Shown: positions 1-14,069, numbered from the stretch's first letter. The stretch: 64,000 nucleotides of DNA from Okamejei kenojei (GCA_035221665.1 JAVHYY010000297.1:186001-250000); one strand, 5' to 3'. The notes: generated by a model from the letters alone, not told the origin. A program made the numbers and translations.

Positions 1-360
1 AAGGCGTTGGCGAGACGGCATTTAGAGGATTATGTTCCATTCTTGGCACCAAGTTATTGGAATGATGTTGTCAAGCTCGAAAGGGTACAGCGATGATTTA
101 CGAGGATATTGCCAGAACCAGAGGGTCTGAGCTGCAGGGATGGGTTGAGAAGACTGGGATTCCATTCCCTGGCGCTCATGGTACATGAGGGGTAATCTTA
201 TAGAGGTCTATAAAATCATGAGAGGAATAGATCGGGTAGATGCACATAGTCATTTGTCCAGAGTAGGTGAATCGAGAACCAGAGGAAATAGGTTTAAGTC
301 GAAGGGGAAAATATTTAATAGAAATCTGAGGGAGAACGTTTTCACACAAATGGTGGTCAG
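1..360 (+). mobile_element. Old CR1 3' fragment
   Basis: MRGNLIEVYKIMRGIDRVD..TRGNRFK motif. Confidence 0.8.
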
Positions 361-1609
361 AGTCTTTGGTTGCAATCATTTTATTTATTTCATTTGTATT
401 GTGATAATTACATTATTGGTTGTTTGCTTAATTGATATCATCTATTAGCGTATAGCTTGCACATCTGTTATGCTTCTGCAAAATCGACTTTCATTATTCC
501 ATTGACTGTACATACGACAGTTAAATCCATGTGATTCTTGATTCCTCATATCGGTGACGCTTTTCAATCAATCGTATCTCACCTTCTCCTGGAATCGAAA
601 CAGAAAGAGAAAAGCTACTGTTGATAAATTCGGGATTTAATGTGTTGTGCTTGGATGGAAAATTCCACTTGCAATTGATGTCATAAGCTATTGACACGGA
701 AAGGTCGAACGCTACGAGTTTGGGAACAGGACACGGTGTTCGAGACAGTCTTGGCAACGGCGCTGACTGATTGCGTGCCTTCTGAATATTTACCAATGCC
801 CGCTGCACGTCAATGGGTTGCACTCTTGCTCTCTTGTTCGCTTGCCAATATCCCTGACGCGTTCTCGCTCAATCCCAATCTATTTATTTCTACATTTTGT
901 TTACTGACATCTCGCTGTCTCTCTCCCCCTCCCTCTCACCCTCCCTCTCTCCCCCCCCCCCTCTTTATCCCTGTCCCCCTCCCTTGCTCTCTCCCTATCT
1001 CTCTTCCTCCCTCCCGTTTAGAGTACAAACTATGCGAGGAATAGACCGGTGTACAAAATCAGGACAGTAAATGTTCGGGTAGAGGCACAGAGTCTCTTAC
1101 TTCAAGTGCTTGAATCCAGTACCAGAGGACAGAGGTTTAAGGTGAGGGGGGGGGGGGGAGATGTAATAGTAACCCGAGTAACTTTCTCACACAACGGGTT
1201 GTGTGTGGGTGTATGGGACGAGCTGCCGGAGGATGTTGTTGAGGCAGGTATATAGTATTTGGAACATTTAGACAAATGCATACTTTGGACAGGTTTAAAG
1301 GGATACGCGTCAAATGCAGGTAGCTGTGCATAGTATATGACGCCATGACTCTCAGACCGTCATCACTATCGGCAGTACTGAAGGATCTTTGCGCTGACAA
1401 TCCACTTATTTGAATCTCCTCCACCTTGCAGTAACTCCTGAAGTTGCTAGGACAATCGCATCGTTATTAAAGTTATTTAACGTTGTAGAATCAAATAAAA
1501 CGAGTGCGGGTCCTCGCTCTCTCCCGCCGTCCCTACCCCTGCCCCCTCCACCTACAGATAATCACCAGTATAAAGAATCATCCACGGGTCTCTGGTGCTG
1601 GCAGTAACT

Positions 1610-1830
1610 NNNNNNNNNNNNNNNNNNNNNNNNNNNNNNNNNNNNNNNNNNNNNNNNNNNNNNNNNNNNNNNNNNNNNNNNNNNNNNNNNNNNNNNNNNN
1701 NNNNNNNNNNNNNNNNNNNNNNNNNNNNNNNNNNNNNNNNNNNNNNNNNNNNNNNNNNNNNNNNNNNNNNNNNNNNNNNNNNNNNNNNNNNNNNNNNNNN
1801 NNNNNNNNNNNNNNNNNNNNNNNNNNNNNN
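1610..1830. other. Assembly gap
   Basis: N run. Confidence 1.
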
Positions 1831-2289
1831 GCCTCTCCCCCCCCCCCCCCCCCCACATATAGAAAATCATGTGTTCAGGACTCAGACAACAATCCCCCGT
1901 TGATACATGTCCACCACTAATTCCAGGTTATTCTTTCCACATTCCCATCCCAGCAGGTCCGGCAACTCAACCCCACACACACCAGGAGCGATTAACAGTA
2001 TCCAATTAACCCAACAACCTAGTATGTCGTAGGATGTTTGTACCTGAAAAGAGGGAGGATATGAAGATTGTAAGACGCCTCTTCCATCGCACTAAGCCAT
2101 TTCTAATGTTTACATAGTTTGTACTTTAGCAGACTTGAGAGATTATTTGAACTTAGAATCTTCACCGATCATTTTCTTGTTACTTGCGCCCGGTTCAGCG
2201 GTCTGTAATATTGTAATTTATCTCTTCCTACCTTCATTTACATAAATAGAACAGTGGGTGCTCTATCATTCTCTAGTTTCTCACAAATG

Positions 2290-3130
2290 GAGACACGTTT
2301 GTTGTGAAAAATGCAGCAGGATCTTGATCGAATGGCCAGGTGGTCTCAGTAATGTTTGATGGAATTTAATACAGATGAATGTGAGGTGTAGCATTTTGGG
2401 ATGTCTAACATTGTAGGGCCTACACTTGCATGGTCGTGCGCAGGGGAGTGTTGTAGGGCAGAGGGATCTAGGAGTGCATGTGCATGGTTCCTTGAAGGTT
2501 GAGTTGCAGGTACATAAAGTGGGCAAAAAGGCTTTTGGTTCATTAGCCTTCATCGGTATTGAGTATGGAAATTGGGAGGTTATGTTGCAGTTGTATAAGA
2601 CGTTAGTGAGACCGCATTTAGAGTATTGTCTTCAGTTATTGGCACCAAATTATTTGAAATATGTTGTCAAGCTGGAAAGGAGACAGAGAAGATTTACGAG
2701 GATATTGCCAGAACTAGAGGGTCTGCGCTACAGGGAGAGGTTGAGAAGATTTACATTCTATTCCCTGCCGCGCATGTAGGTTGAGGGGTGATCTTATGGA
2801 GGTCTATAAAATCACGAGAGGAATAGATCGGGTAGATGCACAGAGTGTCTTGCCCAGACTAGGCGAATCGAGAGCCAGAGGAGATAGGTTTAAGTTGAAG
2901 GGGGAAATATTTTTTAGGGGTTTGATGGAGAACGTTTTCACACAAATTGTGGTGGCTGCATGGAACAAGCTGCCAGAGGAGGATGTTACACAGTCAGACA
3001 GATACGTGAATAGGACAGGTTTGGTGGGATATGGACCAAAGATAAGCAGGTGGGGCTAGTGTACCTGGGACATGTTTGACGGTGTGGGACGCAGGGCCTG
3101 TTTTCACGCGTTATCACTCTACGACTCTGT
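2290..3130 (+). mobile_element. Old CR1 3' fragment
   Basis: QRDLGVHVH..LYKTLVRPHLEYC..RGDLMEVYKI. Confidence 0.85.
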
Positions 3131-3679
3131 GACATACTCTGCCAGCTGGCGGTAATCGCGTAATTTCCTTCCCACAATATCTTGGTATAGATCTCATCAG
3201 ACCTTGCAACACATCCAGCTTAATATTCTTGCAAAATAATACCACATCTTTCCAAATATGATCATTCATTAGAATACCGCCTTAGATTGACACCTTACCC
3301 TTCTTAAATATCTACACAACCTACTCTTATGTTACGTCGCCTATTACCTCTGGCTCTAGGCGTACATTTCCTCCATTGTCTTCAGTGGTCCTATCGCTCC
3401 TCTGTTACCCTACTGTTTATAACGTATGTGTACCACCTAGGCCCATTTAAAGGTCTGTGAAGTAACCTGTGCACGGAACCACGGGAAATTGGAGAGGTCT
3501 TAAATGCATACCACCCTTCTGTATTAGCGGTAAAGAAGAAACTGACAGAAGAGTGGCCAGTGCTATCCACAAAAAATATCAACATTGCAAAAGTCAGAGC
3601 TTTGGAAAACACGTCTGATCAATTTTGTCAGTGTCTCAGCTCTATAGCACCGAACCTGGCCGTTATGCGCAGTGGGGAA

Positions 3680-4090
3680 GGGTATGTCACGCAGGAAGTC
3701 TTCGTGGCAGGAAACTCGTTAGTTATGGGGGGTGAACAGGGGATTCTATGGAGGAAATTCATACTCCGGATGAGTTGCCTCCCTGCGGCCAGGATTCCGG
3801 ATCTCTCAGTACGGCTACGGCTACGTATGTTTCTCAAGGGAGTGGATGGGCACCCAGAATTAGTTGCCCAGGCTAGCACACACGAACTGGATCGGAAAAG
3901 TGATGAGGTGCTGCGAAATGCATATCGGGAGTTAGGCAAAATGTTAAAATCAAGACATACAGCGTAATTTTCGGTTTACTCCCAGTGCTATGTGCTTGTG
4001 GGGGTGGGAACAGAAATATCTGAAAGATGAATGCATGGCTGAGAAATTGGTGCACATGGCTGGGATTCTGGAGTTCGGTCAATTAAGATT
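3680..4090 (+). mobile_element. CR1 ORF1 SGNH-esterase-like remnant
   Basis: VAGNSLV..CLPAARIPD..PELVAQASTHEL..DEVLRNAYRELGKMLKSR resembles the GDS / CLPGA / HxGTND pattern of CR1 ORF1. Confidence 0.65.
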
Positions 4091-4099
4091 CTTTCTCAT

Positions 4100-4690
4100 A
4101 TTGTCATGGGGTCATAAGTAATGGAGTAGAATTGGGCCATTCGGCCTATCCAGTCTACTACGCCATTCAATCATAGCTGATCTATCTTTCTTTCCTGCCC
4201 CATTCACCTGCCTGCCCTCTGACATCTGTACTAATCAAATTTCCAGCAAGTACAGGCCCAGTGCCGACAAACGCACATCTTAGGTTAACCTACTGGTATC
4301 ATTATTGTAAACCTCACCAGGACCCTCTCCGCAGCCAACACGTCCTTCCTCAGAAATGTTGCCCACAATTGGTCAGAATATTTCAAATGCGGCCTTCCCT
4401 GCGCCTTACAGGGCATCAGCAATCCATTCCTTTGTACCTCAGATTTCTGGTTTCTCCCTAATTTAGAAAAAAACGTCAATGCACTTATGCCTGCCACCAA
4501 GATGCTACTCTCCACAATTTGCCACACAATATTCCATCTGCCACTTCGCTGCCCGCTCTCCCGACTTGCCCAGGTACTTCTGCAGAATCCCTGCTTTCTC
4601 CACCCTACCTGCCTTTCCACCAATTTTAGTATCATCCGCAAACTTGCCCACAAACCCTTCATTCCCCTCGTCCAATCACTAACATACAAG
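4100..4690 (-). mobile_element. Degraded, internally deleted CR1 fragment
   Basis: Minus strand KFADDTKIGG and RPHLKY motifs plus 3' UTR. Confidence 0.7.
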
Positions 4691-5059
4691 ATATTCATAT
4701 TTATTTCTGGGATGTTATTTCATCAAGTGAGGAGTTGCACTTGAACCAAAATCATGATATGTAGGCTAACTAATGCTACATCGGAGGGTTTAATGTAGAT
4801 GGACAGGATTCAGGATGCAATGCAGGACAGTTTCAGGTGAGAGGCTGCAGGTCGGCTTGTATGATAATGAGTGAAATTTAAGTCGACAGCACAGGCAGCA
4901 GAACGGAAAATAGCGGGGAAGGACTGTTGGATTGAGTTGGATTCATTTAAGTCAAGGGATCTGACGCGGAAGGTGGACAAACAGGGCACGTGGATAGGTA
5001 CGAGTGACTGGGATGTGGGAGCCATTACGAACATTTTGTAACGGGAATGCTCCAACTTT

Positions 5060-5810
5060 AGAGGTACTTCTGGAGATATTGATGAAGAGTGAAAGAGGAG
5101 GGAGCGTTACTTTACATCTAGGAGTGCATGTACATAGTTCCATTAACGCAACGTCACAGGTAGATACGTGGACAAAAGGGATTTTGGAACCTCGACTTAC
5201 ATTAGGCACAGTATTGAGCATATAAGTTGGGACGTCTTGTAGCAGTTTTATAGGTTGTTGGGAGACCTGATTCGGAGTATCTTGTTCAGTTCTGTGCACC
5301 ATGCTACAGTAAATATGTTGTCAATTTGGAAATGGTACGGATAAGGTTGACGCGGATGTTGCCAGGACTCGAGGGTCAGAATACAGACATAGGTTAAGCA
5401 GGCTGTGACTCTATTCCTTTGAGAGCAGCAGGAAGCGAAATGATCTAATACATGCGTATGAAATCTTGAGATGAATAGATCGGATAGATTTATTGCCCAG
5501 AATACGGGAATCGAGAACCAGAGAATCTAGATTTAAAGTGAAGAGGGAATGAATTAATAAGATTTTGAAATAGAAAAGTCACTAACTTTTTCACACGAAG
5601 GTTTATAGGTATATGGAACGAGCTGCCAGAGGAAGGAGCTGAGGCAGGGACTATTGCCAATTGAAGAAACGTTTAGACAGTTACATGGATAGGACAAGTT
5701 TAGAGTGACATGGTCCAAACGTAAACAGATGGGATTAGTGTTGATGGGACATGTTGGAAGCTGTGCGCAAATTGGGTCGAAGGTCCTGTTTGCACGCTGC
5801 ATATCATTAT
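5060..5810 (+). mobile_element. Degraded CR1 3' fragment
   Basis: LGVHVHSS and 3' region collinear with 2290-3130. Confidence 0.75.
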
Positions 5811-6949
5811 TCCTCGTATGTTGCAAAACATACTTCGCGAATAAAGTGTGCTTCTGATTCTGATATGTGTTTCTATGTCTATGGGAAAGATTATGGCAGT
5901 AGTCCGAGGTGGCAATATTAACGCTTCGTCCAGCGCTATTGTAAGGGTGGAATTCGAAACAAATGGTTTGGAAGATTGCAACCTTCACGTTGTCCACCCT
6001 GTTTCGACTAATGCAATCAACTCAGCGTGCACAAACGGAAGATCAAATAGGACAAGCTGTCCAAGAAGAAGAAACAAATAAGTGAACGATCACATTGTTG
6101 CGAGTGCAGCAAGGCCCCCAAAATAGTCAACGGGAATTACAAGAACACATATCCCAGGAGGTCGCAGGCAGTTCCAGGGTTCAATAGGATTGTCATTGTT
6201 GGTAATTTCGAATTTTCCAATGTAGACTGGGACTATCATAATACGTTTGACTGCGCTGAGTGGAATTTGTCAAATGTTTTCATGATTGCTTCCTCGGGTA
6301 GTATGTAGAAAATCAAGTTTTGTCCAATCCTTTGCAGGATTTTCTACATACTACCCGGAGGACTAAGTGACTGAAGTGTCCGTGGGCGAGCTGTGTGACA
6401 CCAGCGATCGCTCTTCAATCAGCTTTAGAACACATATGAATGACGACATTTAACGTATCCACAAGATAAAATTGCGAATTTTGGCAACGGCATATTTTAT
6501 GATATTCAACAGAAACTTGGTAAAATTTACTCGAGTGGGTTGTTTGCGATCAATGGAACGTCCAGGTAGTGTGATGCGTTTTATAGTGTGATGGCAAAAA
6601 ATGTTATGACATGTATGTTCCTGTTGGAGTGATGGTCAAGGTCGGTCCGAGTGTGGAAGCTTGGAAGACGAGAGAAATTGAATCCTTTCTCAGGAAAACT
6701 AAGCAGCCGTGGGGCAGAGATAAGACTTTGCCTTCCATCACAGTGAGGAGGCCATCCGCTGTGATGGATGTCTGTGTAAATTGTGTGTCTTGGCTCTTTT
6801 TTTCTTGTTATTGTTTGTACGACTGCAGAAACCAAATTTCGTTTGAACGTGTGAGGCTCAAATGGCAATACATATATTGTATCATATAATTGTATCATTG
6901 TATTGTATCAGTGTAGGCAGCTGGAAGGAATTTCGAGGACTGAGGTGCA

Positions 6950-7490
6950 TAGTTTGTTTAGGTTAGAGAAACAGGCCGTTCGACCAACCGAGTCCGCGCC
7001 GACCAGCGATCACCCCGTACTCAAATACTATCCTACATTTTTACTGAAGCTAATTAATCAACAATCACTCACGTCTTTGGAGTGATGGAGGAAACCCAGA
7101 GCACCCTGAAATAAACGCTCGCAGGTCACAGGGAGAACGTCCGAATTCCGTACATATATGCACCCGTGGTCAGGATCCAACCTGGGTCTCGCCGCAACTC
7201 TACCGCTGCGCCACTGTACCTCCAGAGTTAAGAAGGAAATCAGGAGGGCAATAAGATGCAGGAGAGCTCGACCATGAAGGACGATCTCCGCACAGTAACA
7301 CTATCCTACACGTTAGGGACAATTTACATTTATACCAAGCTAATTCACTTACAAACCTCTGGCGTGTGGGAGGAAACCGCAGCTCCCTAGAGAAAACATA
7401 CACAGGCAACGGGGAGAACATGCAGAGAGCGCCCGTATCAAAACCGGTTGATGGCGCCGTAAGACTGTAGCTCTACCGCTGCACCACCTA
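6950..7490 (-). mobile_element. Two adjacent tRNA-derived SINE copies
   Basis: Both end in CTCTACCGCTGC(G/A)CCAC, the reverse complement of the SINE head. Confidence 0.7.
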
Positions 7491-8814
7491 TACCTCCCTC
7501 TTTCTCACTACAAGTTAGGCGCGATCGTCTAGATAAAATGTAGAAGATTCACTGCTATATTACCCGAAATGAATGACTTGAGTGGATAGGCTACTGTTTC
7601 CCCTCTCCTCGATAAGCCACCCCTCTGTTTCCCACACTCCCTAATGATTCCCACCCAATGCGCATTACTCATCCGCATTACCCTAGGATCATAAATTCAG
7701 GTAACACCCTGATAAATCTAATCGATAGATTTCCTACCGTAACCCTAACAATAGCCCGAATGATTTATCTACTTGCCTCTTCTAATCTAAAGAAACAGGC
7801 TCTCATCTAACCAACCTGTTCCATCACAGGCTCTTGCCAATTTCTGTCTCTTACCAGCTTCAACATATGCACTATAGAAACATCATATACGCTGCATCGT
7901 AACTTGATTTGCCAACTATTCCGTCCACGACAGCAAGAAACTACAGGGAGATATGGATGTTGCTCATTTCATCACACATATCAACATCGTCACCATGGAC
8001 ACCTTCTTGGTTCTTAAGCCATGGTAGCAAAATTGGCCCAACGAGTCTACTCCGTCATTCAATAATGGCTGATCTGTCACGTAATTTTATATTCTGTCCT
8101 GGACTCTTCCAGCAGTTGCTACATCTTTCCCGTATCCACTGTATTCATGCTCTTCATTATTCGGCAAGTTTCAATTAGGTCCCCCCTAGTCCTAATGTGC
8201 ATCGAGTACAGGCCCACGGCCGTCGAACGCTCGTCATATTTTACACCAATCATCCTCAACATCATTTTCGTAAACCTATGGAACTTGTGCGAAGTAAGCG
8301 CATCTCCCCGCAGATGAGGGGCCCGAAACTGCTCACAATACTACAAATGCTGTCTGGCCAGTGTCTTATCAAGCCTCAACATACCAACGTGTTTTGGGGA
8401 AAGAAAATGAGTCCTCTCAAAATAAATGAGAACATTGCATTGCCTTGCTTACTACGGATTCGTTTTGAAAATTAACAACTTGGAAATCCTGCACCAGCTC
8501 TCCCAAGTCCCTTTACACCTGCGGTTTCCGAATCCTCTCCTCGTTTAGAAAATAGTCTACGACTATATTCCCACTCGGAAAGTGCATGACCGCGCACTTT
8601 GCTGCGATGTATTCAATCTCGCACCCAGTCACACGGAGAACTCCACACAGACAACGGCGGAGATCGGAACTAACCCGGAACTCTCGAGCCGCAAGGCGGA
8701 GGCGTTGCCCGCTGTGCTGGAATGCCTGGTGCTGCTCCAATTTGCCACATTTTCCTGGCGCCAACTACAACCTATTCCAATTCCGTCGCATTGATCTTTA
8801 CACTCAGTTCTTAC

Positions 8815-9136
8815 CGTCGCCCATCTCATTGTCAATCCGAACCTCCAGCTCCGCCCGCAAAGGGACCAGCCATAGTGGGTTGGATGCCGAGAAGTTCACA
8901 GTCTCCACCATTTGGTTTACCCCCGCTGACTACCAGTGTGATGAACACCAGCGAACCGACGCGAAGGCAATCTGTCCGGATGTCCCCGGCCGTGTCCGTC
9001 ATCGTGATCGTCCGGTTCAGGAATCCCCATGTGACGTTGACGGCTGAGATGGATTGCACAACGCAGCGGCAGGTCACGTTGGTGGGATACATCGCGCATC
9101 GCGCCCAGGACAGAACGACCGCTTTATCTTCAATGT
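8815..9136 (-). pseudogene. Siglec/MAG-like gene, membrane-proximal Ig exon with frameshift
   Basis: RCAMYPTNVTCRCVVQS resembles MAG domain 5 (HCAAARDTVQCLCVVKS). After a +1 shift at the G5 run (~8920) the frame reads VETVNFSASNPL...NEMGD and ends at phase-1 donor GACG|GTAAG. Exon length is 322 nt (3n+1). An alternative acceptor would start the exon at 9127. Confidence 0.65.
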
Positions 9137-10586
9137 CTCGCGGGCAAAAAACAGTTAGTACATTCGTCTTGCATCAATGCAAATGTCCTTTCGTTGATTG
9201 GTACAGAAACTATGAGATGCATCCATCGTGTCAAATTAAGGACTGCTTCGCAAAGAGGAAATGTCAAACACGAGAGAACATATGTTTCGGGTTCGGAGCC
9301 TTCAATGTTCCAGTAAACAAAAACCATGTTTGTCCTTGGACGTAAGTGTAGGTAAATAAGTGTGTACGTTAGTAAATGTCGCAAAAATTGTGGCGCTTTG
9401 GAAACTGATAATGCGGGAGAAGGAGACAAACCATTTCCGTATCCTACTGACAGAGACTGTAGATGCTGACCAATCAATGTGATTTCCTTACCACCCGCTC
9501 CCCCCTCCTCAACTATCGTCTAGATTTCTCCACCGTACTATAATCAATCTTAATTGGTCAAGATGTATTTGTTCGCGCAGCATCTATGCGGCAGCATCAA
9601 TCTGACTCGTTCTGCCTCGCCTCTTTTCCAGCTTTCTCTCCCATTTACTCAATACAATGACATGTCTCGACACGAAACGTCGGTTATCCATTCTCCAAAT
9701 ATACTGCCGGATCTGTGAAGTTACATCAACCCATAAACGTGTTGTTTGATAGCTCAATTAGACGATGTAAGTTGTCTCCGGTGCATAGATGAGTGGTGTT
9801 ATCTGGGCATAATTGTGCAATAGGGATATGGAACAATGAACCAAGCCATTGGGCCGAGCAAGCGCATGCCGACCATCACTTGCCCATGTTCGCGAATTAC
9901 AATTTAATGTGCTCACATTTTCATCAAAGGCCCAGATCCGGCTACTCATTGATCATCTAGTGGAAACCTCAGCGTTGATGGGAATGTGGAATAAAATGAA
10001 TTGACCATTGATGAGTGTACAATTCGAGGTTTGATGTTAGGTGTGGTGCGCCAAAGGGCCTGCATCTGTGATGTATTGGTCCATGCCAATCCTGGTCTAT
10101 AACCCATACCTCTTCTCCACAGATGTTCCCTGACCCATTGATTTACTCTTGCATGTTGTGACTATTTGCTGGACGATCAGAATGGCATTAAGGAATAGAG
10201 GTCATGCGCAATCATGGGTATGACATCGTAAACTAAAGGGTCCTAATGATATCGCCCTATGTCTAAGTATTGTTACGAATCGATGCGGTTTGCTTGAGTT
10301 TTAGTGACAGTTAATCTCCATGGTAGGGGGAGCAATGTGTGGAGTTGGATCTCAAATCAGAACCAGTATCCGGCGGAATAATTCAAAAGGTTCCAGTGAA
10401 CGTTTGGGTTCCTTCTGTACTTGCGTCAAGTTTTTCCATGGCACTTACTGTAAGGAATTAGTGGATAGGCTGCGTCAAACAGGTAGATGTTTAGCAAACG
10501 CGGCAATAGACATTTATCGGAGGAAGTCCTCAGCTCAGATACTAAGCAGCCAAAGGCTCTGTCAGCCGTTCACAACAAATACTCAC

Positions 10587-10844
10587 TTTGACTGGGGACT
10601 CGCACGGGCGCGGAACGTGAGCTCCCAAGAGCGTTTGTCGCCGTGCAGCTGTAGGATGTAGGATTTTCCGACTCAAGGTGAACGGTGATATTTTGACTTT
10701 CCCGCCTTAGATAAGTCTCAGCGTCACGGGTGACCTTGAACCAGGAGAAACTAGTGACACTGGGGTTCGCGTCACTGGAACAATGCAGGGAAATCGTCTT
10801 GGCTTCTTTGAATATCCACTCGACCACCGTGTTGTGGGGGGCAT
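10587..10844 (-). CDS. Siglec/MAG-like gene, Ig domain 3 exon
   Basis: Acceptor tttccaag|AT, donor CAAA|GTGAGT, 258 nt, phase 1-1. YAP...LHCSSDANP...FSWFK...YSCTATNALG is a CD22/Siglec-type Ig domain. Confidence 0.88.
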
Positions 10845-11469
10845 CTTGGAAACACAACATCGTCAGCATGTTAGCGGGATAGAAATGGAAACCTTTCGTC
10901 TCCTGCGTGTCTGGCAAACGCCAAACAACGAGGACAAGCAGCTCAGTTAACTGCCACAATATCCACCAGCCAAACACCTTCACTGCCTCGGACAACAGTC
11001 ATTCATATCCACACAAACAACCTCTTCTAGCATATAAGCTGTTACCTACTGAGGCCGCAAGTTACATCTTCTACCGGCAATATTGACCGAGGATTCGGAC
11101 GCAGGAGAGGGGAGCTCCCACATTTTATTTGCGTCCCCACATCACTTTGGAAATATATCATCAGCTCCGTAGCCTTATGGAAGGACCGTGGCCGCAAAGC
11201 TTTGACCTGTTCACGGGGTAACTATGTCATAATCGCAAGGGCATTTTCCAATCAATAAAGCGTACCAGAAAATTCCAATTGTCCAAAATCAGCACACTCT
11301 GAGAAAGAGTATGTTGCCCCTCAGGTTCTAAATCTAATTATTGTTAACTTGCTGCGCTCCAAAACAGTAAAGTTCTAGCAGGCCTGTAACGCAGGCCCTC
11401 AAATCTTGGATCATTCTCGTAATTCCATCCTGTACTCTTTCCAGCATAACGGCACAATGACACGTGAAC

Positions 11470-13130
11470 TCTGATCTAAACAGCGTTTTTCCATCTGAAG
11501 GGAATATACGAGGTATGATCAGTAAGTTTGGGGATATCACTGTACCATGGTTATGTCACAGATAACGAAGATATAAATAAACAACTAGATCAAGTGGGAC
11601 CCGTTCCCCCAACGCAATATTCCACCACTCACGCATAGCCCCAAGATGCGCAGGCGCGGCACATTTCCTCTCTTCCCCCAACACTACCCACCTCCTTTTC
11701 AACCTTCCTCTTCTATGCCCTCTCCTCATCTCCTGCTCCACTCCATCTCCTCTATCTCCCACTCATTTCACCTACCCTCGTTCACTCTCTCCCTCCATCC
11801 CTCCATTATCCCCCTCCTCATTCCTATTCTCCTCCTCTCCCTATATCACTGCGCCCCCACTCATCACCTCTCCTGTATCTCACTCCACCGCGAAGCACAA
11901 TGTTTAAATAACATTTCTCCTCCCCTCCCACAATCCCTCCGTCTCCATGCAACAATGTCACAAATCTCTCACTGCACTGGGTGGAACACTAATGATGGGC
12001 AGTTCTGTAAATTATATCCCATTGTGATGTAATTGTCCGGTGATGGCGTCATAGCTCCTAACTGCCACTGCAACTGCCATAACAAGTTCAAGTGATTCTT
12101 TCCCAAACTGGATTTTGTGGTTAAAAAATGTGAATAACTTGTAAAATATATCATAACTCTGAACGAAACTAGATGGGAAAAAAACACACTACAAGACAAT
12201 TGTGAGTAACGTGGTACAAAAATTACAGCGCTATTGTGTACCATTTTAGCGTAGTTCCGGGAGCACATTGACACGCACAGAGAATTACAAACAAGATGGG
12301 TGTTTTAGTAATATATAGGCTACAGCTGAAACTTGACCATTTGGGCAAGGGGGCAGACGACTCATTAATGATAAATGCGAGGTGTTGCATTTTGGTGAAT
12401 CAAACCACGGCAAGGCCTACACAGTAAACGGCAGGGTGTTGGGCAATGTCTTATGGCAAAGGAGTGCAGGTATATAGTTAAATTAATATGCCGTCACAGG
12501 TATTTAGGGTGGTCAATAAGGCGTTCGGTACTTTGGCCTTCATCAGTTTTTGTTATGACTCTAGATTGTCATACATAAATGTCATAAATGTCATACATTT
12601 GCAAAATATTGATGCGGCCGCATTTCCGACACTGTTTAGTTACGGTCACACTGCTAAAGGAAGATGTTGTGAATTTAGAATGAATGCAGAGACGACTTAC
12701 AAGTATATTGCCAGTACTATATTGCCTGTGCGTAAAGGTTGGGCAAGTTACTTTAGTTGGTGCAAAGGAGAACGAGGAATGATCTTACACCTGTGAGAAC
12801 GATCATGTGGGGAATAGATAGAGTAAATGCACTGAGTCCCTTCTCCTAAGTAAGGGTACACGAACCAGAGAACATACGTTTAATGTGAAAGGGGAAGGAA
12901 ATAATAGGAACCTGAGGGACAACTGTTTATGTGGCGGATGGTAGGGGTAATGAACGAGCGACCGCAATAATTCGTTGAGGCAGAAATTAGAACAATGTAT
13001 AAAATACATTTTGACAAGTAGATAGATAGGAAAGGTTTAGAGGATGAATGGGGTAAATGCAGGCAGGTGGAACTAGGATAGGTGAACATTCATTGCAGAC
13101 GTGGGTAAGTTGTGCCGACTGTGCTGTATG
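11470..13130 (+). mobile_element. Degraded CR1 RT fragment interrupted by a Helitron-like insertion
   Basis: ISKF(G)D at ~11520 resumes at ~12320 with LDHLG..DKCEV. Confidence 0.65.
11585..12319 (-). mobile_element. Non-autonomous Helitron-like element
   Basis: Minus strand starts (C)CTATATATTACTAAAA and ends CTAG|T. Splits a CR1 fragment with no evident TSD; internal pyrimidine-rich tract. Confidence 0.5.
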
Positions 13131-13314
13131 CATCTAGCTTCATCCACCACAATCCGTGTACTCTATCCATGCCCGGTACTTTGGTGTGGTCTAGCCATGA
13201 TATATGACATAAAAAAATAAAATGTAATGAGTTGACTATGATCTAATCAAAGACCACAATGAGGGGAGATGTGCACATTCTTCCAAGAGCAGTCGTATAA
13301 TCACAGGGTAGAAA

Positions 13315-13710
13315 GGAACAGCAGATGCTGGTTTAAGCAGATTATGGACATAAATGTTTGAGCAGCTCAGTGGGACGCCAAGCATCACTGGAGAGGAGGA
13401 ATGGGTGCCGTTTCGGGTCGAGGCCCTTCTTCAGACTAGTTAGGGGAAAGGGAAACGAGAGATATAGGCAATTATATAGATGATGTAAAGTTATATTGTT
13501 CAAATGAATGAAATGTATTTTTAAAAGGTCACAATGTTAAAGGAAACAGGCCATTGTTAGCCGCTTGCTCAGTGACAACGGGAACCTTATGCGACTTGAG
13601 TGGGCGAGGGATGGAGAGAGAGGGAGTGCAAGGGTTTCTTGCAGTTAATTAAATCAATATTCATACCACTGGGCTGCAAGCTGCCCAAGCGAAATATGAA
13701 ATGCAGTTAC
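13315..13710 (-). mobile_element. Penelope 3' fragment with hammerhead-like motif (13407-13435)
   Basis: Reverse complement reads ATTTCGCTTGGGCAGCTTGCAGCCC...CTGAAGAAGGGCCTCGACCCGAAAC. Confidence 0.75.
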
Positions 13711-14069
13711 TCAAATGGATATCAATTTTAGCCAACGGATTTATTTTTTCATCAACTGTGCCATATGTACGTAACTTGTGATGCCTACTTCGAAGGAATA
13801 AGTTTCGCAATACAGATAAAACTCTGGCAAGTGTTAGCTGTTTTAATTTCATATGCAAACCAGGGCTGGATTTACAGATTATCGGATATGGTAACAAAAC
13901 AGAGAGTTCTAGGACAAGATGTGGTGCGCACGCGTCCCTGTATAGGAATTAGAGCGCAGTTTTTTGGAAAGTGTTTTTTTTTAAAATGTGGATAGAATGG
14001 CAAGAGGCATTTGGCGTGATTGATCGCATTTGGAATGGTATTGACGACAACATGTGGGATACCACGATA

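Noticed and set aside
1504-1920. ORFs spanning N runs (also 27320, 30446, 32647, 47095)
   Set aside because: Open only because gaps translate as X.
8580-8800. Transmembrane exon of the Siglec-like gene
   Set aside because: Matches a degraded minus-strand SINE head; no hydrophobic span.
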